Assembly: GCA_003427395.1 (NCBI GenBank) | Contig: BFEA01000039.1 | Span: forward strand, 957,067 to 1,021,066 | Source: Chara braunii | Lineage: Eukaryota; Plantae; Charophyceae | DNA length: 64,000 nucleotides | Direction of reading: 5' to 3' | Shown: positions 36,197 to 48,846 of the stretch, in pieces | How the letters are laid out: every line of letters starts with the position of its first letter | Position numbering within the stretch: the stretch's first letter is position 1 | Translations under genes and position numbers: made by a program | Notes under the pieces: generated by a model | What the model saw: only the letters and a program-made list of their open reading frames with translations | Databases searched by the model: none | Told to the model about the DNA's origin: nothing

Positions 36197-38948
36197 AAAT
36201 GTGTTGTTCCCAATCTAAAGCCCCCTTCTTCTATTCACAAACAAAACCAGCAGTTTTGCCTACTTGCCACCATACCAGACCTTGCTGGAGAATCCTTAGC
36301 GGACCCTAGCAAATTTCCCCCCTGGCCTTCCTGGACTCTCTGGTAAGCATTCCATACCCAAATTTCAGTTCCATCCCTGTAACTGCACCTATCTCCTAGC
36401 CTACCACTGTCTGAGACGCACAAACGCAACATGGAACATGAAGCACAGGGACACAGACTTGACTCAAACAAGCACATGGAGACAGAATTGGACACATACA
36501 TCATTAGCAGGACACAAAGAACCAGAGCAGCACAGCAACAACAAGCTTAGACTCGGAATGTCAGCGAGACCAGATTGAGGACAACACCTTGGTCAAAAAA
36601 AGAAAGATTTCCTCAATTTGTAACTGCATGACTAAGTGCACACCCCTTTCATCGCCACAATGTCAATCTGATAGCAAAAAGTCAGCTTTCCAACGCACAC
36701 CTTCGTCATCATGTTTGTTCTTCTTTGTCTTTATTACCTTTCTTTTTGTCTTGAAGCACAAAATCCAACTCCGTTGGATCATACTTATCAGAGCTGCCAG
36801 TCTGTTTCTAACAAATCATGCGTCAAAAGTGCACATCTCTCTCCACTCCCCTTACCTGCTGCTTTTTTTTCTTCGCCCGGTGTTGTGGCATCTGAAGGCT
36901 GCTTCCTCTTCTCTTCGATCCGGTTTTTACCCTTCTCTTGTCATCCTATGCAGGCGGTACCTTCGCCATTGAGATGACAAGGTTGTTTGATCTCCGGAGC
37001 ACTCAATAAGGTCAGCTGAATTCATCACGAGGTGTACAGCAGAAGGGTCAGAGCAGAAGCATGTGGCAGTTGCAGGGTGACTTTCAAGCTCCATGGGTGG
37101 GTGGGTAGATGGGTCCGTCCCTCAGCAGACTGAAATCGCAAACAGCAACGGTGTCAGATGCGAAGGTTCTACATGCATGCATCTGCACGTACTGGTGTTT
37201 AACCTTCGCATGTAGGCATGTAGGTGTACATAGTACTTACTCCTGCATATGACTCGTACATAGTCCATACACGTTCAATACGGCTCCTGTATGTATGGAC
37301 AATGCAGGAGGGATGGAGATGGCGATACCATCAATGGCAATGGCAGGGCATAGAGGAGGGTCATCATAGGCAGGTAGGACAACTTATTTCTCACAACTTG
37401 TGCTTGTTATTGGCAAGTCACCTACGCGAAAGAGAGGGAGAGCATCCATCTAGTAACTGCAAGTTATCAGCCATGAGCTTGCATGTCATAGCCCCGAATG
37501 TGGTTGTCCGTGCAGCATAAAACGTAGGAAGCGAAGGTTTTGATGGTCTGCAAGTTCGCAAAGATAAGGTGAATCAACAAAAGAAGTTAACCGAGATTAA
37601 CCTGTTGATGACGGAGGTTAGGTGTTGATATAGGCTAGGTTCTGAGGGAGTTTTACAAAAAGTTAACAAACATTGGAAACTTCAACAAAGTTTGACTTTC
37701 CATTGTCTCCAAGCTTTGGATGGTTTGTGATGCAGACAGATCAATTGCAAGCAACAAGCAGGTACGTGAAAAAGCTAAGGAGAATGGCAGGTGTTTGATT
37801 TGCTGAAGCGGGAACCCCCCAACAACAATGTAATTGTGTTGTTGTGCTTGATTTGGTGAGTTGCAAAGTTCCGAGATGCTATTTGTTATCATTGGTCCAA
37901 AATATCAAGTTTGATGTTGGAAAGTCTAAATGGGAACAACAATCCTATGGACTGGGACGGCCCGAAAACCAAGCGATCTTTAGTCATGCAATGAAGTACT
38001 GACGGTTAGGTTCTGCAACCAACAGCTTGGTGATCAAACGAGTGAGTCCAAGTGTAGCAGGCATGCTTGCTTTCTGAGCAGTGATGATCCACCAGCATGA
38101 CTCCACAGAAGGATGGTATGTGTGTATGGAGTCGGTGTTGCCTTCATGCGGATATTTAAGGCAGGACAGAGGTTTTAATTGGGTGTAGAAGGACACCCGT
38201 GTAGGGTGTACCCGTGTGTATTTTATGAACTATCATGAAGTTGGTAGTGCCTTGATGCTGATTAAATGCAGGGCAGGCAGATGTTTGATTGAGTGAGGAA
38301 GACGAGTGTTTGATTTCGTAGTGTTGGGATTCAACTGTGGTGTTCGGAAGCAAGCAAAGTGGAGTGGAGAGCAGAAAGGTAATTGTTGGAGGGTGCAGAA
38401 GTTGTGAACCTTGAAGATACTCTTTTCTTTGAGCATGTTCACTGTGTACGGTAGTAGTGTCTATCTAAGGAAACATGGTTCAACATTGTTGTGATTTGAG
38501 GTTTCGTTGATTTCACGCTTCATTGAGGGTAAACTTCCTTGATCCATCAGTCGGGAATTTCATTGATTGGAAGCTTTGTTGATTGGAAGCTTCGTTGATT
38601 GGAAGCTTTGTTGATCGGCGACTTTGGTGGTGGGAAGGTCCATTGGTTGGACACTCTGTCCGTTTGATGTTTCCTGCATTGGAAGCGTTTTTGATGGGAA
38701 GCTCCTTTGCTTCGGAGCATCTTTGATTGAAAGTTTCTTTGATTAGAACTTAGGCAAATGTAAAGAGAGGAAGTAGATGACAGTTCAGTCTGTCGTTAAG
38801 TTTCAAAGCTGAATGTTATTGCGACACCCTTATATTGATTGCGATATCTCAAGCTTGTTGTTTCAGAAACGTTGTTTCAGAAACATTTTAAACTCGTTTT
38901 GTAGGAAAAGAAGGGAAAAAATAAAAATCTGATTTTTGGTGGTTGGAG

Positions 38949-40780
38949 ATGAAGCCAGCAAAGAGGAAGGGAGTAAGAAAGAGCTGTCTGCTGCTTGTGT
39001 TGGTGATCGGAGCATTTGCTCTGATCTACCCAGCGCTTATGCCATTCTTAGGCCAGTTGTCAGAATGGCTCGCGCCCTATGGTCGGCAGGAGAAGATGCA
39101 GGAAATCGATGGCAGGACTNGAGAGGCCAGCAGTGGGCAAGAAGGTGCAAGTCCCAACGTGTTGATGTCTCAGGAGATAATAGACATCAAAGGCTCCTTG
39201 GATGAGGTTCGACTGCTTCTCGTTCAATCGATCAACAGCTTCGTGTGGCATCGCCCTCCNGCCTTCCTAAGTGCGAACAGCACTGAGAGAGTGCCACAAT
39301 CGCAATTTCTTGTGAACCAGACAGCTGCTGCGGATGGCAAGAATCAGTATAATCAGCCAATTCCCAGCTCCGGACGGTGTCCCGTTGTGATGCATGCCCC
39401 GGCGTTGACTTGGACCCCTCATGCAGGCAAGTACCTCATGGCCATGTGCGTAGTTGGACGAATGGGAAACCGAATGGAATGCCTGATGAGTTCAATGATT
39501 GCAGCTGCGATTCTTAATCGGACGTTGATATATCCTGACTCAGAGTTTGGCTATGATTTTGGCAGTCTTGTTGACCTGGAACACATATGGTCCAGTGATG
39601 GTTACTCTGAGCGCATTTCGACAGGCTCGGGCGGCAGAAGGCCGCCCTGTTTTAATTGACCGGCTCACTTGCCTTCTCAATCAACGGAATGAGCGATCAG
39701 TTGCAGCATTCAAGGATACAACTGGCATCCGTGTTGTTGAAGAGGATTGAGCGTCCACTTATGAGGCATTCTCAATCTCAGTGATCACAAAATAGTTTGC
39801 CACAAACTACAACTACACAGATGAGGTGCTGGCTATAGGTGAAGGGTTCGGTTAAAACATGGGTCGACTCTTCTCACTGGCATGGGCAGGAAAGGAACCG
39901 TGAATTGTGAGTTAAGGTTTAAGGTTCCAGTGCACAGGCCGCATTGCAACATTCTTTACACAGCACAGGACTTTGTGAAGACATTCCTGGGGCCAAGGTA
40001 CCTCAGCGTCCATCTGAGGAGGACAGACTCCATTGGTTACGGCAGCGACCGCAGGAAAAATTGCTACTACCCGATACCCCATGTGGCCGAGTGTCTGGAG
40101 CAGCAGGCAAAGGCTGCAGACTGCAATGTTGTTTTTTCTTGCTATGGATGTGTCTCCATACGAGGTGGAATTGTTGAAAGATCTCCTAAGCAGATCAACG
40201 AACTGGTCCCTCACTCTTGTGCAACTGCCAATTAACTTAGGCCTCCCTTCTGGGCTCGATTGGGCGCAGCCACTGACCCATAATCAATGCCAGTACGTTG
40301 AGGTGACGACCTTCCTTGACCGTGTCATATCTGCCGCGGGTTCCACATTTCTCTATCCCCAACAGAGCACCTTCAGTTGTGAAGTCATCCGCCTTAGGAC
40401 TGCTTGGCAGTTGAATGGGTGTCAGGACAATTCACTGTGCAATGGCGATGAGACAGAGGATCTCCCTGCCCATTACAATCTTGAAACGCTTTCCAAAATA
40501 ATTGCCTATGGTGCACAGTCCCGAGACCTTAAACCACGCAATGGCTGGTAACCAGGTTCCAAAATCCAGACTCCAAGCTCGCTCTTTCGAGCCACATTTC
40601 TTCGTTGAGGCTCGCTCAAGCAGAAAGGTCTGGCCAGAGTGGTTGGAGACACTTGAAGAAACTCACCAGAGTCGTAACTGTATGATATCGGGCGACTTCC
40701 TCATAGTGTGTTGCGAAGAAGACACAGAAATCTGGATTTACGTGTTGGAAAGTCAACAAACAAAGTAAGAACGCAACCCT
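38949..40780 (+). pseudogene. O-fucosyltransferase pseudogene (inverted duplicate)
   Basis: Nearly identical to the 25047 copy up to ~39586. Then a ~28-nt deletion with frameshift, in-frame stops (e.g. TGA ~39748) and further frameshifts. Same motifs appear in fragments (YLSVHLRRTD, FLDRVISAAGSTF). Confidence 0.88.
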
Positions 40781-40810
40781 AGCACGGAGGAGGATCAAAC
40801 TGTGTGTGTG

Positions 40811-40848
<38 letters not shown>

Positions 40849-41120
40849 TGTGTGTGTGTGTGTGTGAGCTGGCGGACGTGGATGGAAGTCATGTTTTTTA
40901 TGATATTTGCTTTTCTTACAAGCAAAAAGTGACGATTCAAGAGCATATGACATTTTTGCCGCGGATGGTGGGGACCTACATGCTTATGACCAGTTGTGGA
41001 TGGCACCATAATGCTGCCATTCATGGATGTTGAGCCAGCTGTTGAGCTCCCTTTTATTATCTTCAAGTCTGGGGGCTAGCTGTTAATTAGTGCATAGATA
41101 CCCACAACAAGTAGCCCCTT

Positions 41121-41214
<94 letters not shown>

Positions 41215-41272
41215 NNNNNNNNNNNNNNNNNNNNNNNNNNNNNNNNNNNTTTTTTTTTCTTTTTTTTTTTTT

Positions 41273-41490
41273 CCTTCCCCGTGGAGGGGAATGGGCTGCG
41301 CCGCACTCTGCTGCAGTGCAATACAGAGGCAACACTGGAAGGGTCAGGTAAGCAAGCTTACCTGAACGACCCCTCCGTGGCCCAGAAAAATTAATTTAAT
41401 ATCGTGTGGTCAGATGGACCACGGATCAGATATTAAACTGATCAGAACAGATACTACACTTGTTCTAAGCCAAAAGGCCGAGAAAGGTAT
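41273..41490 (-). ncRNA. U2: Full-length U2 snRNA retrocopy (processed pseudogene) with poly(A) at ~41119-41272
   Basis: Minus strand ATACCTTTCTCGGCCTTTTGGCTTAGAACAAGTGTAGTATCTGTTC..., with branch-pairing GTAGTA, Sm site AATTTTTCTGG and stem-loop IV ATTGCAC. Long poly(A); degenerate TSD aacaagtagccc / aacaggtagcac. Confidence 0.92.
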
Positions 41491-42154
41491 TAACAGGTAG
41501 CACTTTTCCTTCACCTGTATCTCAACTGTCTCAGTGGGTCATCAGATGAGCATTCTACTTTGGCACCTTCTGTGCACAGCCTCTTTATAGCATCATGGAC
41601 TAGTGTTCTGGGGTACTGGTCGTTCAATGAGAGAAACAGAGGAAGGCGCTCCACGAGAGGAGAAGAGCGCTACAATAGCTCAATGGATGGTGACCTGGTG
41701 GAGGAGTGAATCAGTGGAGCGGTGATGGATACGATTAACTGCTGTTTGATTGGTTGGTGTTAGGGTGCTCTTACATTCCTGCTATGCAGATCAGCGCAGA
41801 GATGATTGGATCAGGTGCATATGTTCTCTCCTTGCTTTCACATCTATCCTCTTTTCAACCTCCTTTAGCAGAATCGCCCGAGTGCCAGTTAAATGCATGA
41901 TCATCAGCCTTGTGGAACATGAAAAGGCACGAGATATCATAAGGGCAAAATGAAGAAGAAGAAGAAAGAGAGAAGATAGTAGATCAAATGAGAAGAAAGG
42001 ATAAGAATACCAGGAGGAGGTGAAGATGAGGAGAAAGCAGCTCCACCCACTGTTTGGCTGCTATGAATGGGATCTATCATGGGGCTTCTTGGGAAGCATC
42101 TCCACTTGATGGGTAGGCCATCGTCTCACACCATCTTCCCCTGAACATAGAGAT

Positions 42155-42249
42155 TTGGGACATCCGTTAAAATTGGAATGGTACAGAGAACATTAGCATG
42201 GCCCTTGCACAGGAATGATACGCGTAAATCAAGAAATGGTCCAAAAAAA
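42155..42249 (+). pseudogene. U6: U6 snRNA pseudogene (duplicate copy)
   Basis: GGGACATCCGTTAAAATTGGAATGGTACAGAGAACATTAGCATGGCCCTTGCACAGGAATGATACGCG...AGAAATGGTCC-A7; mirror of 22191-22283. Confidence 0.88.
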
Positions 42250-42723
42250 CAAGGCATCATGTTGCCGCATAGGTAGACTTCGCATCCAATCAAGGAGCCT
42301 GGTAACCATTCTCCTCGATTTTTCACTCCTCTTCTTGCTCAGAATTGCTCTTAGGAAGAAGCAGTTGTGAAACCGTTCAGGTGATCGCTTGAATGTGGAA
42401 TGTTCCAGCTCTAAGGCACTCTGATCATGGGGGGACAAAAAGGAAAAGAAAACATCATGGATATGAATGGGATCAACACTTTGCCCTGCTATCATTGTAT
42501 AACCTTTTAGTTGACGTCTAGTCCGTCTGTTGGTTGAAGGGGGTAGTTTTCACACAGACTTTTCCTCAGTCCTCCGTGAGCTGAACTGCCACATGCATGC
42601 CGCTCTCTCGCTGCAGGGATGCTCTCTTTCCCCGTAAAACTTGTAGATGCTCTCTTTCCCCGTAAAACTTGTACAAGTATGTGCGGAACTCTTGCTGGAA
42701 GTAGTGTTGCCTATTCTTTAAGG

Positions 42724-42792
<69 letters not shown>

Positions 42793-43899
42793 TAGCAATC
42801 ACCACAGCAATCCTTTTTCCACTCGGATCCATAGAAATCATAATTGAGGCATTGTTCTGTGCGGATATTTTGAAATGTTTGTGATGTTGTATTCTTAAGC
42901 GACCGATTCGCTGCTGCAGGAAACGGGGACGACCATGCAGTCGATGGCGCTATGGTGGTAGCCATTGGAAGGGAGGACGGAGACCATAGCTGGTAGTCCG
43001 CCTTGTATAGTAGGGCTGAGGAAGGGCATACGGCAAGTTGGTGGCTTCTTACCTGGTGATTGGCACAGAGAGCTCCGAGTGCAGTCAGTTGCTTCCCTCA
43101 GCCGCATGGTGGATGAGATAGTGAGGTAGGCTAGGTCAGGTAGGAGGGCTTTCAAAATCAAGAAACTTCATTGTTGTGTGCATTCCTGCATTGGGGCAAG
43201 AGGTAGACGTTGCAAGCCGTATCCAGCGCACTCAGGGCTTGCAAAAGGCAGGCTTTGGGAGAAGATGACCACGACGTACGACCTGTGGAAGGAAAGGCGT
43301 GAGGCTGGCTAATGCTTGAGGTGTGGTGACCCCAACCACATTGTCCCCTTTTGTCCTGAGTACAGGTACCTAAGAGGAAACAGCCAGTAAGAGTTGCACT
43401 AGCTCCTGCTAGGCCTTCAGACATAGACAGACATGTAGAAGCACGCGCTGAGCAGGCACCCTCCTGTCTGAGGGCACAATGGCATAGACAGACGTAGGAC
43501 CCCACCTATCTAGTTGTCCAAAGGTCCCTTGTGCTAGGATCTCTCTAGGTGGCTCCCTCACAGGCTCACTCGTCAGCAAGCCTGGGCCGAAATGAAGAAC
43601 AAATCAAAGGGGCAACTAATAATAGCAGATGTAGAAGTCAGTAGAGAACAAGTAGGCACGTTAGTTGATAGCGGATCGACCAGTGGTTACATTAGTCGAA
43701 GGGGAATGCAGAAGATGCATCTCCGCATGAAAGTTAATGTAAAAGCCGAATGCGAGTAGACTGGCCAACAATCGGGCGATGCATCTAGTCTAGATATAAA
43801 CAGGCTAAGGGTGACCGAGTCTACTGTAAGGCAGAAGAGGGCCTACGGGCCTGCCGTTTTCCAAAGGAGCAGAAAAGGACAAAACAACAAGGCTGAAAG

Positions 43900-44090
43900 G
43901 CCTAAGACTACCAAATAGAGACTACTAGCGACAGATCCAAGGATCAAGCCCGGTAGAACTCAAAGCTAGCAAACCACACATACAAACTACAGGTCACGGG
44001 ATCAAGTCCCGCAAGGCTCAAAACAAGGAACCAGCAAACACATTCACACCTAGCTAGTATACAACCCGCCTGAAACCTGCAATTCATTGC
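43900..44090 (-). mobile_element. LTR-like fragment related to the 29168 LTR
   Basis: Minus strand TGCAATGAATTGCAGGTTTCAGGCGGGTTGTATACTA...CTTGATCCCGTGACCTGT parallels TGCAATCAATTGCAGTTTTGCAGCGGGCTGTATACTA...CTTGATCCCTGGACCTGT. Other end not determined. Confidence 0.55.
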
Positions 44091-45292
44091 ACATCAATTA
44101 AATTCAAAAAATGAATTAATCAGTTTACCTACCTATTCAAGCAGAGAGGCTGTGAGGGCCATTCATCATTTTCTTGAATTTTATCAATTAAATCCAAAAA
44201 GTGAATTCCACAGTTTACCTACATATTCGTTCCTTAAGGAGTCATTCCTAACGTGTTAGTCATTAGGGAATTAGTTCGTTCCTAACGTGTTCTTCATTAG
44301 GGGGCTGCATTAGGGAAGGGAGGAAGAAAGGGGAATTAGTTCGTTCCTAACCTGTTCGTCAATCTTTCGCTGATGGCGGGAACTTTTTTCAAAAAACATT
44401 TTTTTGCTGATGGCGGCAACTTTTTTCAAAAAACACTTTTTTGCTGATGGCGGCAACTTTTTTCAAAAAACACTATTTTTTTCCTGAAGGAGTCATTCCT
44501 TTTGATGATGGTGGCTTAATGTTCACCATAGCAGAAAAGGAAGCTCGCTGAGTGACTCCTTTATTTTCATATATAAGAACAGGTCCTTATGGTTCTGATT
44601 CCTTTTGAATAGGAAATAAAAAGAAGGAAAAGAGAGGGTACTTTTTATAGGCTCCGGGTATTGAAAAAAGTTAAAAGGTTTTCTTCTTCTTCTTTTTATT
44701 TGAAGGGCGACATCCTTGAGGTATAATCACGGAACCGAGCGGCCTCAGGTAATTCAGATTTATGATATTCCATCACCATCTAAACTCAGGTATGTTTATC
44801 AATAGTTTTATGAATGGATCTACTTGATTGATTAATCAATTAATTGCTTCATCGATTGGTTGATTAATTGAAAGTTAATGTTGCAAAAAAAAAAAAAACT
44901 CCCACTGCCAAAATGCAGGACTCCACCACCCTGTCATACTCTACTCAGTCTTAATTATTAATTAATCAACACAATGTCTTAATTATTAATTAATCAACAC
45001 AATGTCTCAATTAAGTTAACTAATCAAGCAAACAATTATAATCCATTGTTTTGTCGAAACGTAAACGCATCCTGCGGTCCAGCTCAGTTGGTAAGGCACG
45101 CAAGTGGCATTCAGGAGGCCATGGGTTCAATCCCCCATCGGCCTCATGTACTCCCTGGGCATGCTTGGCGTTGCCACCTACAAATAGCCCGTTCTTCTCC
45201 CTAATAAATCGGCATTAAGCAGCCACTGCTGATGTTCGTAGGGGGTAGGGGAAGCGGTAATTAGGGAGGCACAGAGACTGGCCACGCCGACC

Positions 45293-45401
45293 TACCGTCT
45301 TCCGCCGAACATAACGCACCCTAAAAATGTATGTATACAAGCTATATTTCCGGCCAGATACAGCCAAAATAAGGGTGCGTTGTGTTCGGGGGAAGACGGT
45401 A
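45293..45401. mobile_element. Tc1/mariner-type MITE inside SINE
   Basis: Near-identical to 16481-16589, TA-flanked. Confidence 0.85.
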
Positions 45402-45458
45402 GTCCCTGAGGGGCTGGGTGGAGCCTCACATACTCTCATCGGAAGAGTACACGGCTGC

Positions 45459-45653
45459 TATCCGTCTTCACCCGAATAGAAAGCCCGGTCATTATAGACG
45501 TATTTGGTGCAACTTTCAGTCCAGATATGGCAATAATTACCGGGCGTTCTGTATGGGTGAAGACGGTCGGGCGTTATTATAGCTGTATTTGATGCAATTT
45601 TTACTCCCGATACAACAATAATTACCAGGCATTCTATTCGGGTGAAGATGGTA
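45459..45653. mobile_element. Related MITE with internal partial duplication inside SINE
   Basis: TIR CCGTCTTCACCCGAATAGAA ... TTCTATTCGGGTGAAGATGG-TA. SINE copy 1 shows the empty site tgcTAcgggt. Confidence 0.75.
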
Positions 45654-47094
45654 CGGGTGCCCTGAAGGCAGTAAGGCCACCCTGGACTGAGAAGACCGCC
45701 CTGCTAGATGAGACATTGAATTTACTTGGGCTAGTTAGTCCGATGATAATACCGTAAAAAAAAAAAAAAAAAAAAAAAGCGAAAACGCATAGTCACAAAA
45801 CGACAAGGAGAAGGGCATCGCCCTTCAAAAAAAAAAAAAACAACAACGCATGGCCACAAAACGACAAGGAGAACGACGATGATCGCTTTTTGCGACTGCA
45901 AGTTTGGTTCACAAAAGTTGCCAACGATCAGAACCCGACTCCCCGATTGCCGCTGTCAGAATGGAGACAGACATTGACACGTCTAAATACACACCATGCA
46001 TCCGGTTGTCATCCTGATCAGGTGCATTTTGTCCAGAATTCACTTTACTTCCAATTGTGGAATTGAAGGCCACGCAAACAGCCATGCTATTGCGCCCTTT
46101 TCGCACAACACCCAAAAAAAAAAAACAAAAAAAAACAGGGACCGCCTCGCACTGAGACGAGTTTTCCCAATCAAGGCCGTAATATAGGTTCTTACCATTT
46201 TCCGCAATTAAAATTCCAAATAATTAAAATGTAAGTTCCGTTTGCGTACTTTACTCTGATTCGATTCCCCTCAAACGAAAAGAACGTAAAAGAAACAATT
46301 CCGCCCAAGAGCCGACGTGTAATTCGGCGCGCAGTGACCAGAAGGCATTGCCTTTGAAATGCCACACGTACGATACGCAACGAATCAATGGAAAGACAAA
46401 AAAAACACAAAAAAAAAACACAATTCGCGCAAAAATTGGCAAAACTTCGCATTCGCGCGAAATGACGTAATTTGGCGAAAATTGGCGCACAGTGACCACA
46501 AGGCATTCGTATTCGTCGCTTCGACGAAAATTGGCGAAATCTTCGGGGGAAAGACAAAAAAAAAAAAAAAAAAAAAAAATCGAGAAATGACGTAATCTGA
46601 CTGAGGAAATGTTGCACCTCGGTAAACAGAAGGCAATTCCACCTCACACTGTTCACATCGTGGGCGTTCACATCTCTCAATCCCCAAGTACAGCCGTTCG
46701 TATCTCACTCAAATACGATCGTTAATATCTTCCAAATAGGCCGTCAATACATCTCAAGTACACAGCGAGAGAGGGAGAGAGGGAAGAAGAGGGAGAAAAG
46801 GGAGAAGAGAGGGGGAGAGAGAGGGAGAGAGAAAGAGACAAAGAGAACGGGAGAGAGAGGGAGAGAGAAAGAGATATAGGGAGAGACAACAACGGGTGCG
46901 CTCATATGTCTCACGCACGGCCGTCAACATCAACATCTATCAAGTACGGCCTTTTATCTCTCAAGTAAGACAGAGAGAAGAGGCAGAAAGAGAGAGAAAA
47001 GGAGAGAGAAGGAAGAGAGAAGGAGAGAGAGGGTGATAAAGACGCAGAGAGCCGAGTGAGAGAGAGAGGAAACACCACACGGTTGCGTTACTAT

Positions 47095-47236
47095 CTCTCA
47101 CGCACGGCCGTTAATTTCTCTCAAGTACGGCCGTCAATGTCTCTCAACTACGGCCGTCAATGTCTCTCAAGTACGGCCGTTAATTTCTCTCACGTACGGC
47201 CGTTAATTTCTCTCAAGTACGGCCGTTTATCTCTCT
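47095..47236 (+). repeat. ~22-bp tandem repeat (acggccgtYaatKtctctcaagt)
   Basis: About 6 copies; isolated copies ~46738 and ~46917. Confidence 0.85.
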
Positions 47237-48810
47237 AATACTGCTGTTAATAAAAAAAGTGATTCGCAATTTTTTTATTTTTTTTTGGTTCATCTATCTC
47301 CCAACGACGGACGTTATCTATTTTGGGAAGAAATCATTTAGCAAAACGGCCGGTAAACAAATGAACCTTCTGCTCAACATAAATAACATAACGTTCGACA
47401 AAAAAAAAAAAACACAAGAAAGAAAGAAAACCACAACGTTCGACTTCGTGCGCCGCCACTCGCACTCGTTTCTTCTCCCGTCTGTCAAACCAACTCCCAT
47501 ACTTGTCTTCCCCCTCCCCCTCCACTCTCCCCTCTCTGTCTTCCCCTGCCAGAAGCCCTCAGCACCTTTCCACACTCACTCACTCTTTCAATCACACACA
47601 GCGCGCGAGCGTGTGCGCGCGTGAGTGAGTGCGCGGCTGCTCCACACCCCAACAAAGATACGCGCATCACCCTTCGCTGCAGCTGAGGGTAGAAACGCAA
47701 CTTCCTAAAAGGTGCTGAAGGTAGAAATGCAGCTTCCTAGAAGCAGCTGAAGGCAGAAACGCAACTTCCTAGGATAGTGAATCAAGATGCTCTCCGCCTC
47801 CGCAAAGCGCAATGGAACGTCGTACCGACTGTGCAGAGATGCTACGTACGGTTCCCAGTCCCAATCCCAATCCCGACGGTCCATTAAAAGCCGGGGCAGG
47901 GGGGGGGGGGGGGGGGGGGAGGAATGAAAGAGCCAAAAATCTTATTCAAAAACAACAGAAAAACGGATGGCGTCAGCTGTATTCCTCCGCTGCTTCCCGC
48001 GGAAGAAAACACATCAACCCCATTTTCCAAGAACATAACCGAAAACCAAAAAAAACTTAAAATGAAGCGTCATTAACACTCGTTATATTACACGCATAAA
48101 AACAAAAGAGTGCGAATTGACTAGCAATGACAACGTAACTCCTTACCTGCGACACATATCAATTTTCGCTAATTATCTCGTCCGGATTTCACTGGCATTA
48201 ACTTCCCATCCTAGAGTGACACGTGGACGTGCGACAAGAACGGGCAATACACGATAACTCGCTCAGACTGCACACACCACACGCCCGTAAATATCTCCAC
48301 GTCGTGCTTCCCGTCGTTCTCTGTCTCACTCTTCCCCACCCACTTCCATACACGCACGCGCCGGCTCTCTCTCTCTCTCGCGCGCGCACACGCCAGTAAA
48401 TGTCACTCCCCGTCGTTCTGTCTCCCTCTCTCCCCCCCCTCCATACACGAGCGCGCGCGCACACGCCAGTAAATATCACTCCCCGTCGTTCTCTGTCTGC
48501 ACTCATAAACATCACGGCCATGACCGCACATGACCGTAAACATCTTCAGAACCTAAAGGGAAATCTGAACCTGGACGCCCAAGTGCAGAGATGCATTGAC
48601 AAGCTTTAGCTTGGTCCTACTAGGAAAAAAACGGCGTATTTTTTCTGTCCTTTACCCACAAAATCAAACTCTCCAGTCGTTAATTACACGCTTGATTGAT
48701 GTTCCAGGCATTCAGACATCAACACCGAAAAAAAAGAAACATGGCAGCATTGACTAGCAAAACGATAGACAGGGATTTTTTTTTTTTCGATAGACAGAGA
48801 TTAAACTCAC

Positions 48811-48846
48811 CTTCTTCAGTTTCTCTAACCTCTCGTGCTCCATTTT
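48811..48846 (-). CDS. Exon 2 (36 nt, KMEHERLEKLKK) of the same gene
   Basis: Minus strand reads tacag|AAAATGGAGCACGAGAGGTTAGAGAAACTGAAGAAG|gtgag. Canonical splice sites, phase 0, matches family KMEQEKLQKLAR. Confidence 0.85.

Larger units (their letters stand above)
36005..42727. repeat. Right arm of large inverted duplication
   Basis: Mirror of 21720-28060, with an extra U2 retrocopy and an extra ~170 bp at 40532-40705. Confidence 0.93.
45071..45778 (+). mobile_element. tRNA-derived SINE (copy 2) interrupted by MITEs
   Basis: CAGCTCAGTTGGTAAGG...GGTTCAATCCCCCATCGGCCTCATGTAC shared with copy 1. Poly(A) at 45755-45778. Degenerate TSD cgtaaacgcat / cgaaaacgcat. Confidence 0.8.

Noticed and set aside
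44500-44800. Possible organellar insertion (AT-rich)
   Set aside because: No recognisable organellar gene; composition alone is insufficient.
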